A stretch of DNA of 64,000 bases from Neocallimastix sp. 'constans'. Its lineage: Eukaryota. Shown here in pieces: positions 53,401-64,000 of the stretch. The notes below the pieces were generated by a model. That model was not told the DNA's origin and did not search any database. It worked only from the letters and a program-made list of their open reading frames with translations. Location of the stretch: NCBI GenBank assembly GCA_050613775.1, contig JBODTK010000013.1, positions 310,001 to 374,000 of the forward strand. The letters run 5' to 3'. How positions within the stretch are numbered: the first letter of the stretch is position 1; each line of letters begins with the position of its first letter. The position numbers and the translations under genes are program-made.

Positions 53401-55301
53401 ATGATAATTATACAAATAATAGTAATAATAAAATTAGTATTAATAATAATAATATTGAAAATAATAATAATAATATTGAAAATAATAATAATAGCCAAAA
53501 TAGAGAAGATACTAATAATAAAATAAATGATAATACAGCCAATAAAACAATCAATAACAATAATAATATTGAAAACAGCAGAGTAAATGACAACACAATT
53601 ATCAATAAAAATTATAATCAACGTAATGGAAACGAAATTATAAATACTTTGTTGACTAATAATAATTCATTTAAATTAAATAATATCGAGACCAATAATA
53701 AAAAAAGAACTATGAATGTTATAAATGAAAGTAATAACAAAAGAAGAAAGACAACAAATAACTTAAGAGAACCAGAAAATTATAAGGACATTCAAAATTT
53801 AATTGATAGAAAAGAGTGGATTAATGCAGTAAATGAAGAATTAAGCAATATGAAAAACTTAAATGTATTTAATACAATTAAATATATACCCAAAAATGCT
53901 AATGTAATTTCCTCACGATGAATTTTCAAATATAAAAGAAATGCAAATGGCGAGATAACAAAAAGAAAGGCAAGATTGGTAGCACGAGGATTTACCCAAG
54001 AATTTGGAATAGACTTTCATGATACTTTTGCACCAACGTTAAAACACGATTCTATCAGAATTTTAACTTCAATTGCAGCCCAAAATAATTTTAATATAGA
54101 ACAAATTGATATAAACGCTGCTTACCTTAATGCCAAGTTAAGTGAAAATATTTATATGAAACCTCCAGAAGGTCATCCAGATTTTAATAGAAAATACTGG
54201 AAATTAAACAAGGCTATATATGGTCTGAAACAAAGCGGACGAGAATGGAATAAAGAAATCAATAAATTTTTAACTAAAATAGGACTTAGAAGAATGGTAA
54301 GTGAACCATGTATATATGTAAAAAACGATAAAAATAAAAACATTTTATGTATCGTCGGTATTTATGTTGACGATATTTTAATCGCTGGAAAAGAGAATGA
54401 AATTAAATGTATAAAAGAATATTTCAAAAGAAAATATAAAATAAAAGAAATTGGCGACGTGGATTTCGTTATCGGAATAAAATTTGTTAAACACAAAAAT
54501 GGATATTTTATGCATCAAAGAAGATACATTATAGAGGTTTTAGAAAAATTCAATATGAATAATGAAAAACCATTAAGGAATACAAAACCAATTACGGACG
54601 ACAAACTTAGAAATATAAAGTTTAATCAAACTACCTATCGAAGTGCAATAGGAAATTTACTCTACATTGCTATATGCACCAGACCTGATATTCTATTTTC
54701 GGTAAGTAAAGCAGCACGAAAATCAAATAATCCGAATATGGAAGACTGGAACAATGTCGTAAGAATACTAAGATATCTTAAAGGAACAACGAGTTACGGG
54801 ATAAACTATACAAGGAAACTAGGAATAGAAGCCTTTGTTGATGCCAACTTAGCAGGAGACACTGAAACCAGAAGATCAACAACAGGTTTTTTAGTAACCA
54901 TGGGCAACGCACCAACTAGCTGGTGTTCCAAGCTACAACACTGTGTGTCAACATCTACTGCAGAATCGGAGTATTATAGTCTGAGTGAATGTGGCAAGCA
55001 CTGCATTTGGTATTTAAACTTAATGAAAGAATTATATTATAATATTAAATGTATTAAAATAAAAATAGATAACAAAGCTGCCATATTCAATAGCAAAAAT
55101 CAATCCATTAATCCGAAGACAAAACATATTGATATAAGAATTCATTATATTAGAGAAATAATAAATAAAAATTTTATAAAATTAGAATATATTCAATCTC
55201 AAAATAATTTGGCCGATGGATTCACTAAATATCTAAACAACACCCTTATGGAAAAATTCAGAAATTCTTTGTTATATAAAATTGAGGATTTAAAATTTTA
55301 A
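50484..55301 (+). pseudogene. Copia-A gag-pol polyprotein (~1,605 codons in one frame) with two in-frame stops (TAA 50511, TGA 53919)
   Basis: Zn knuckle CNYCGRRGHYFYEC; PR WILDSGAS; LWHRRLCH..CPIC; IN HMDLVGP/RTDNGTEF/QNGRVER; RT YGLKQSG/YVDD; RH STAESEY/LADGFTK; Copia domain order. Confidence 0.95.
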
Positions 55302-57050
55302 TTCTAAAAATATAGTTAAAATTAAACAAATGTAACATTGAAACGAAGTTACATTTGAGGAGGAGTGTTAAAATATATTTACTATATTTCATTTTATATT
55401 AACCAATCAATTAGTTTAATAAATAATATTCATGTATAAAAGCTTTCTAAATGAACATGTTTTTCTTTAGTTCTATTTTTTATAAAAAAATATATTAATA
55501 AATAATATAATATCTATAATATAAATAAATTAAACTATTATTTAATTAAATGAACATTAATGTGCCTAAAAATATTTGATCGTTTTGATTTTTTATTATT
55601 ATTTTTTGATATAGGTTTCGGATTTTTCTTGATTCTTTTGAAATATTCTTTCTGTTGAAAAAAGGTTTTTATTATTTTTTTCTTTAATATAGTTCTATTC
55701 TGTTAAGTTTGATAATAAGATTTGTGATATGACATCTTTTACGTAATATGTGCATTTTTCCCAATTACTATTGTATTGAAACACATTGATGAAGCGAAGA
55801 TTTTCTGGTAGTGCTCTATTCAAAATACCGACCTTTGTACTGGTGTTTAAATCTTCATCTATTTTTTCTAGTTCTTCAATAGTGTTTTTTAAATCCGCCA
55901 TAAATATGTTTATATCTTGTTCTTCTTCGAACTTCAACTCATTTAACTTTTTCCTTAGTTCCAACTTTCTAGATTCGTTTGATTTAATGAATGACTTTTT
56001 CTATCAGTCTCCAAACTTAATAGGCATTTTTTCCATTTCCTTTTACTATTTCTTGAGTCTTTTCTCTCAAAGTATTAAGTATCATCCATTTTGCAATAAT
56101 ATCATTGTTAATGCCATTTTCATTAGTATTTTTTGCATTACTAATGTGTTGTCGAATTGGTCTTTCGTATAGCTTGATATATCCTCCCTGATATCTTTCT
56201 TAAATTTTTTATTTTTTCTTTCGTGGCGTAAAAGACTAAATTATTTATAGTCAATAAATAAAGTATATTTCCTTTCCATCTATGATAATTTTCAGTTGTT
56301 AATTCAATTACTCTGTTGAAATTTTCAGAGTAATTGAAATTTACTATCTTCTTTGGATTGTCTGTGGCTTCGACGTTAATTACTTGATTAGCCCTTCTTG
56401 GTGGCATTTTATCTTTTTTTAATTAAAAATTGAAATATTTCGTAATAAATCTATAATTAATTTTTATATAGTAATAAATTGTTTGATATCAGAACTGATT
56501 TTGTATACAAGGATGTTTTAATTTATATATATTATTTTTTGTTATTTTATTAATCATATATTAATTTTATATTTATTTATATTAAAAATTAATTATGTTT
56601 ATTTTTTATATGTCTTTTGATTCGTATATCAAATTAAACAATATAAGGTATTTAAATTTATTGGGTACTATTAATAGTAACAAATTTTATTTTGTGTAGT
56701 AAATAGATAATTCTATATATTACTTTGTTTGTACCTATGAAAGTATTTGATTGCTTCTATTATTTATTAATTTAATTTAGTCATAATTTATTTTCATTAG
56801 TATAATTACTCTTATTGATCTTCTATTGGTAAATATTATATTAATATTAATATTAATTTTTATTTTGTATTTTTATTTTGTTTCTGTTTTAGATTAGTAG
56901 CTAGTTTTTTTTTATTTTATATGTGTCATCAATATTTGGTTAAATATTGTTATTATTCATTTATTTTAACTTGAATAAACAAGTTGTTTTTCATTGATTA
57001 TTCTTAATCTTAATTAGTGAAATGACAATCATTTTATTTTCAATGATTTT

Positions 57051-57355
57051 CAACTTAAGCTAGTTAACAATTATTTTATTTAATTATTTTCAACTTAAGC
57101 TAGTTAACAATTATTTTATTTAATTATTTTCAACTTAAGCTAGTTAACAATTATTTTATTTAATTATTTTCAACTTAAGCTAGTTGACAATTATTTTATT
57201 TAATTATTTTCAACTTAAGCTAGTTGACAATTATTTTATTTAATTATTTTCAACTTAAGCTAGTTGACAATTATTTTATTTAATTATTTTCAACTTAAGC
57301 TAGTTGACAATTATTTTATTTAATTATTTTCAACTTAAGCTAGTTGACAATTATT
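57051..57355 (-). repeat. Eight 40-bp tandem hairpin units in the Copia-B leader
   Basis: CAACTTAAGCTAGTT(A/G)ACAATTATTTTATTTAATTATTTT at 57051+40n. Confidence 0.95.
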
Positions 57356-57987
57356 TATATTTTAATGATTTTTTTTTAAAATTTTTTTAATTTTTTTTTT
57401 CTTTTTTTTTTTTTTTTTTTTTTGAAAAATTAATAATAATTATGAACTATTTGAAATCTTATATTCTCAACATCCTCACCATTGTTCTGTAATATTTACT
57501 TATTGATTTGATAATGTTTATTATATTTTGTTTATAATAAATATCTTAAAAATAATAAAAATAAATTTTTATTAGTTTGAATATGAATGATAAAAATGAT
57601 ATTATGATTTATTTATTTCAACTTATCTTTATTTATAGCTCAACTGAAGAGTTGACACTCTTAATCTAATAAAAATTAATATTATAAAACTAAGAAAAAT
57701 ATTAAATTAAGAAAAACAATATAACAAAGTGATTTATGTTATGAATAATATTATAGGATGTTTATTAAGATTATATTATTATAAAGATATATTTTTAAAG
57801 AGATAATTTTTTATATTAAATTTATTTCATATTTTATATCTTAGTTAACATTATTTAATTTACTTAGAAATTAATTATTGATTGATATAGGTTAATAATA
57901 TAAATAAATGTATATAACAATTTTGTCTCTAACAATTATTAATTATTTATTATTATTAATTATTAATTATTCATAATTATTAATTGT

Positions 57988-58302
57988 TATTAAAATACAT
58001 ATATTTTATTTTGATTTACATTAACCAATCAATTAGTGTTAAAATATATTTATTACATTTTGATTTACATTAACCAATCAATTAGTGTTAAAATATATTT
58101 ATTACATTTTGATTTACATTAACCAATCAATTAGTGTTAAAATATATTTATTACATTTTGATTTACATTAACCTATCAATTAGTTTAATAAATATTATAC
58201 ATGTATAAAAGTTTTATAAGCGAAAATATTTTTCTTTAATTATAGTTTTAAATATATTAATTAATAAAATAATATTTATAATATAAATAAATTAAATCAT
58301 TA
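57988..58302 (+). mobile_element. Truncated Copia-A-related LTR with its first 49 bp tandemly amplified (x4)
   Basis: TGTTAAAATATATTT...TTAACCAATCAATTAG at 58037, 58086, 58135 (degenerate copy at ~57988), continuing into Copia-A-LTR-like sequence. Confidence 0.75.
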
Positions 58303-58644
58303 TGGATGATATACAACTCAAAAGTTCGATGTACTTTTGTTGGGATTTATTTATTAAATTTATAAATTTATTATTTTTTTATTTATTTAATTTTATTTAA
58401 AAATACATATAATTAAAAAGGCTATTTAACAACTTTCTTATACTTTTAATTACAAACTAACTAAACATTACTAAACATAATATAACTTTTAATCTTAACT
58501 AGAATTAACACAACAGCGACACTTCTCTTAATTCAGAGAAATGCTTTATTTTTATGTTATTTAGTTATAATTAACTATTTAATTAATTGTTCTTGTGATT
58601 AGAATAAACTATTAATAATTATTATTTAAGGAAATATTTAATAA

Positions 58645-59624
58645 AAGGGTGGTGCGTTTCGGAATGTGGCTTTAAAAAATTTTACATAAATTTTCATTTC
58701 GGAATGTGGCCTATATTATTTTTTATAAATTTTTATTTATGAATGTAATATTTAAAACATTAAAATAAAATGGCACATATAATTTTTTTGAAAAAATAGT
58801 TATTAAAAATATTTAAAATGTGATATATTTCAAAAAAAAATGATGATTTATATTTGCCATATTTTGAAAATTTTTATTTATTTATTAATTTATTCATTTA
58901 TTTATTTAATAATAATATTTAATAATATTTTTTTTATACTATTTTTTAACTATAAAGTTTGTTTATTATATGGAAATATAATAATTTACATTAATTTAAA
59001 ATACTGTAAAAATTATAATAAAATTCATGTTAACATATATATATGGAGGGTGGTGCGTTTCGGATGTGGCTTTAAAAATTTTACATAAATTTTCATTTCT
59101 GAATTTTTAATTTTTTTTTTTTTTTTTATTTTTTTATTTTTTATTATCAAATATATATTAAATTACAATATAATAAAATATTTATTTAATTATTATTTAA
59201 TTATTTATTTATATAAAAAAATTTATATATAATACGCCATCTCAAAAAGCATGTGGCTTATATCTATTCACGTGCGGTTCCGAAACCGCGCTCTCCCCAT
59301 TTAATAAGGGGAGAACGCACCACCCCCATATTAATCGAGGGTGGTGCGTTTCGGAATGTGGCTTTAAATAATTTTACATAAATTTTCATTTCGCAATGTG
59401 GCTTATATTATTTTTTAAAAATTTTTATTTATGAATATAATATTAAAAACATTAAAATAAAATGGCACATATAATTTAAAATTATGAAATTATTATATAA
59501 TAAAATATTTATTTAATTATTATTTAATTATTTATTTATATAAAAAAATTTATATATAATACGCTATCTCAAAAAACATGTGGCTTATATCTATTCACGT
59601 GCGGTTCCGAAACGCGCTATCCCC
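58645..59624 (+). mobile_element. Cluster of non-autonomous TIR elements (MITEs), Mutator-like
   Basis: Left ends (G/A)AGGGTGGTGCGTTTCGGA at 58645, 59046, 59337; right ends TTCCGAAA(C)CGCGCT(C/A)TCCCC at 59298, 59624; 8-9-bp TSDs ATTTAATAA and ATATTAAT(C/T). Confidence 0.75.
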
Positions 59625-60757
59625 ATATTAATTTCAATATGTTAATAATTTTAATAATACTTAGTCAATTAGATGGCTTAGACTATTTCCTAAATATTTT
59701 AATAAAGTTAATTTAATAATAATTATATATTATTATTTATTAATATTGAAATTAAAATTACTGAATTATTGAAATTGAAATTGAATTGAAATTCAGTTAT
59801 TATATTAACAAAACTATTAAGAATTTAATTAAAAATATTATTATTAATTTATTCTTTATCACAAGTGGTACAAGATCTGAAGATTTTATTAATAAAATAA
59901 TATATTATAATAATAAGATAAATTTTTAATAATATTCTCTAAATCTAAATTTAAATTAAATAATAAACTATTCTAATATTAGTCTATACTGTCCTAATCT
60001 AAAATTATTTAAACTAAATTAAAATAACTTATACTAATATCTTAATCTAAACTAAACTAATCTAAACTAAATAATTTCACTAAACCTATTGCTATTTCAA
60101 TAATATGTTTAATCTAACTAATCTATTACTAAGCTAATTTTTATATTATACTACCTTACTACTATACATTAAACTCAAAAAAACTACTAATTAAACACAT
60201 TAAGAACACTAAATTTAGAAAAAACTATTTAATAAATATTTGTTTATTTTAAACTATTTAATTTATTATTTTTTCTTTTTGAGAATATTAAAAAAATAAT
60301 ATAATAATAAAGTCGAAAGAAAAAAGAAAGAGAGAACTAAAGTATTGTGTTACTTTGTTCTTTTTTATACTAATAAAATATTTATTTAATTGGATTAAAA
60401 ATAAAAATAAAAAAAAAATATTTAATAATAAAAATTTAATAATAAAATTTAATAAAAAATTTAATAATAAAAATATAATAATAAAAATATAAAAATATAA
60501 TAATAAAATATAATAAACTTAAATTTTCTAAATTATTAAAATATTATATAAAAGTTTTACAATATTAAATAAATAATATAATTAATTTTTTTTAATAGAT
60601 TTATTTATATTTTATTTTAATTTTATAATATTCTATAACTGATATTTTAATATTTAATTTTTTTAATATTTATTTATAATTGTTAATAATATTTTTTACT
60701 TTAATATTTTCTTTAAATAGTTTAATTTTTCTTTATTTAATCGTACCGTAACACAAT

Positions 60758-60901
60758 TTATTGTAACAGATAGATGGTAACTTCAAATTATTGTAACAGA
60801 TAGATGGTAACTTCAAATTATTGTAACAGATACATGGTAACTTCAAATTATTGTAACAGATACATGGTAACTTCAAATTATTGTAACAGATACATGGTAA
60901 C
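60758..60901. repeat. 30-bp minisatellite, ~4.8 copies
   Basis: TTATTGTAACAGATA(G/C)ATGGTAACTTCAAA. Confidence 0.92.
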
Positions 60902-61122
60902 CAATGATAGTTCTTTGGTTACGTAACGTATCTCTAAACAGTTAGCAATTTCGGCTAATCAAATAAAATCTTTTATTAAATTTCGTACATTAAATTTTAT
61001 TATTTTTTAGTTTTTTTTATAGTTAATTATATAGTTAAATATTTAGTTAAATATATTTTTAAGTAGTTGATTAGTAAACTAAGTCAAATTAAATTATTTG
61101 CCAATCATAAATTTATTAACAT

Positions 61123-64000
61123 TGTTAGAATATAAAAATATAAATACTTAATAATGACTATAATATAATTTACCCAATCAGAATATTATTATATTTAAAT
61201 AAAATTATAAAAGAAATAAAATGTAACCTTGTCAAAAATATACATTTTTGGTATTAATAATAAAAAAAATAAAGATAAATAAAATTAAATATTAAGTATT
61301 ATATATAAAATGCTACGCTAAAAATATATCTAATTTTTTCAATATTTGCTTTTGGTGTTCAATAGATTAAGAGTCTCAACCTACAACTGAGCTTAACCAT
61401 AAGTTAAGTTATTATTTACATAATTATTATTTATATATATATATATTCATATTATAAATAAATTGAACTAACACCTTCTTATTTTTAATATTAATAATCA
61501 TTTTTATATTTATCAATATTAACATCTAATTTTGAATTATTAAAGAAATAATTTAATTAATTATGAATCTATATAATTAATTTTGTTATTTTCATAATAA
61601 TTGAATCAAAATATATTATAAAAAATATTTTTTAAAAAAAAAAATAAATTAATGAGGGATTAATACAATTTAATAGTATCATTATTCATTCATTGTATAT
61701 AAAAATATACATATATATTATAGTCAGTCAAATTATAATTCGAACTGAAAAAAAAAATAATATAGTCAGTCAATTATAATTTGAACTGAAAAATAGTATA
61801 ATCAATAAAAATTTATATTGAAATAAAAAAATAATAATAATAAAAATAAAATAATAAAATAGTCAGTCAATTATAATTTGAACTGAAAATCATATGGTCA
61901 GTCAAATAATTAATTTGAACTGTATAAATAGTATAGTCAGTCAAAATATAATATGAACTGAAAAATGACATAGTTAGTCAAAATATAATATGAACTGAAA
62001 AATGATATAGTCAGTCAAAAAATTAATTTGAACTGAAAATACTATTGTCAATTATTAATAATAAAAATAAATATATATATATATATTTAACTTCAATATT
62101 AATAAATATAAATCAATCAAGTATAAATACCTTTTTCAAACATAAAAACCAATAATATAAATGTTTAATTAATTAATTTCAAATGACATAATAAAAAATA
62201 TTACATTAAAAATAAGATAAAAATAGAAACCAATCATACTTCTGAAATATATTATTTTATAAACTTTTTTTATTAAGTAATAAATATAACTTAATCAATT
62301 ATCAAAAAATATATATTATTAAAGTTTATTATAAATCATCATAGAAATATTAAACAATATATATTTCAATTTGTATTTATTTAATGAAAATAGAATAAGG
62401 TTTTAATCAATATATTGAACATGTATAAATAAACAATCCAGACATACAACATATCCCTCATCAATTATTCTTTAAAATTTTAAATAAAAAAAAAAATATT
62501 CGCATAATATAAAATATTAATAAATTATTAAAAAAATAAACTAATTTGAAACTCTCCACAATGGCTAACACAAGAAGAAACAATAGAAATGAAGTAATTA
62601 CCATTGAAGAACCCATTGACATCTATCCAACAATAAAATTTAACTACTCTGAAAATTTTAACAGAGTAGTTGAATTAAATACTGAAAACTATAATAGATG
62701 GAGAACCAAAATCCTTCATCTATTATCAATTAACAACCTAGTTGGTTATATCACCAAAGAAAAGGTTAAGAAGTTAAGGAAAAGAGATATACAAGATGAC
62801 CTATCTTAACATATCGAAGATGAATTTGATGACACATTGGTGTATGACAAAAACACCAATGTAGTTGATATCAATAACGATATCACAACAAAATGGATCG
62901 TCCTAAATAGTATTGGAGAAAAAACCCAAAACATTGTGCAAGGATCAAATAAAACCGCCTTTGAATTGTGGAAGATTCTAAAAAGATCTTTTACCAAAAA
63001 CATCAACACGCGTAAATTAGAACTTAAAACCAAACTCGATAATTTGAAGTATAACCCAGAAGTGGACATTAATATATTTATTGCTGAACTACAGAACACT
63101 ATTGATGAACTCGAGAAAATAGATAATGACATTGAATTAAGTGTTAAAGCGGGCATCCTTAACTGAAGTTTCCCAGAAGAACTCCGTTGGATTAATGTGT
63201 TCCAATTTAAAAATGATTGGAATAAATGTAGTAAATATGTTAAGGTTGTATTGCCTGAAATCATCTTCAAACTTAAATAAATCCATAACTAATAATCAAA
63301 ATAATAAAAACATATTTTCAATAGAAAATAATACTAACATTAATACAAATAAGAAAAAACTTACTAAAATAAAAACATTTACTAAAAAGACTAAAAATGG
63401 TAGATGTAATTACTGTAGTAAATGGGGCTATTTATTTTATGACTATAAAAATAGAAGAGATGATAAAATTAATAACAAAAGAAGAAAAATTTTCAAACGG
63501 AGAAGAAATAATTTTAAAAGAAAATATAATAATCGTAGAAATTATGCATTTTTTCATAGAAAAAGAAAGGTACGATACAAGCAATGCAGATGCTTTTACC
63601 AAGGATTACAATTCTCAAGAAAATCTTGATATTAATTTTGCCGAAATAAATAAACAAAACGAAGAAAATAAACAAAAGGAAATAATGTGTTGGATATTGG
63701 ACTCCGGCGCATCAATAAATATCACTAGTCATTTAAATAAAATACTTAATATTTATTCAAAAGTGCAATGACAAAGTTTATTTAGCTAATAATTAAGTTA
63801 TATCAACACAATTTAAAAGAGATTTCATAGGATACATTAGTAATCACAAAATAACCATTAAGAATTTTTATTACTCACCAAAAATAAATAAAAATTTATT
63901 ATCAATTGGAAATCTTACACAACAAGGATACAAAATAATTTTCAATAATACTAATAATAAATCATACGCACTAATTTATGACGAACACAATCAAAGAATA
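61123..64000 (+). mobile_element. Ty1/Copia 'Copia-D' (same family as Copia-C), 5' part, runs off the window
   Basis: 5' LTR 61123-61364; PBS 61365; leader hairpin repeats; gag from ATG 62561 with stops; Zn-knuckle remnant; WILDSGAS. Confidence 0.92.
61720..62040 (+). repeat. About 7 imperfect hairpin repeats in the Copia-D leader (about 4 at 38657-38870 in Copia-C)
   Basis: AGTCAGTCAA..TAAT(T/A)TGAACTGAAAA. Confidence 0.85.

Larger units (their letters stand above)
49247..55571 (+). mobile_element. Ty1/Copia 'Copia-A', young, full length, nested in Copia-B gag
   Basis: LTRs 49247-49453 and 55366-55571 differ by one indel by eye; TSD ATATT; PBS 49454; PPT GAGGAGGAG 55357-55365. Confidence 0.97.
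44912..57934 (-). mobile_element. Ty1/Copia 'Copia-B', degenerate, interrupted by Copia-A and two solo LTRs
   Basis: LTRs 57667-57934 (5') and 44912-45176 (3'); TSD ATTAT; PBS 57666 downward; PPT GTGGGGGAA at 45185-45177; gag ATG 56407; WTLDSGAS, LDDYSRY, IYGLKQS and RNase H ending at 45248. Confidence 0.92.

Noticed and set aside
53124..53621. Antisense and alternate-frame ORFs over the scaffoldin and Copia coding regions (e.g. 35494, 42538, 42806, 53124)
   Set aside because: Shadows of biased codon use or AAT/AAC repeats on the coding strand
53919..53921. Programmed readthrough or TGA=Trp code
   Set aside because: The stop is at a conserved RT Trp that is TGG in Copia-C, it is not at a gag/pol boundary, and other Trp codons are TGG; a point mutation is simpler
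57636..57666. tRNA-Lys gene
   Set aside because: Only D-arm and anticodon-arm similarity; no T arm or acceptor stem; ends at an LTR edge, so it is a PBS
58310..58345. Hairpin CAAC(TC)AAAAGT..ACTTTTGTTG as a terminator or Helitron end
   Set aside because: Eukaryotic DNA, no upstream gene, and no CTRR terminus at the expected distance
59868..59882. TCACA-AG-TGGTACAAGATC as an LTR end plus canonical PBS
   Set aside because: I could not find a partner LTR, TSD or downstream gag; too weak to call

Overview
Extremely AT-rich eukaryotic DNA with GT-AG introns, most consistent with an anaerobic gut fungus (Neocallimastigomycota; taxon is inferred). It holds one host gene: a 12-exon, ~5,255-aa secreted Cys-repeat protein (17479-37254, +) with the architecture of a fungal cellulosome scaffoldin. 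The ORF track splits it into about ten pieces, but it splices into one frame. Exons 3-11 are all symmetric phase-1 exons that each carry whole repeat modules. Both flanks are transposon graveyards. The left flank has LINE, Copia and chromodomain Ty3/Gypsy remnants. The right flank has four Ty1/Copia elements (here A-D; one young and nested), three solo LTR families with TSDs, and a Mutator-like MITE cluster. The most notable non-coding signals are in the Copia elements. All four have a primer-binding site complementary to the 5' half (anticodon arm plus D arm) of tRNA-Lys(CUU) rather than to a tRNA 3' end. Each family has its own tandem array of stem-loops in the 5' leader. A hairpin just before the PPT shows compensatory base changes between families. 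All coordinates were counted by eye and no searches were run.
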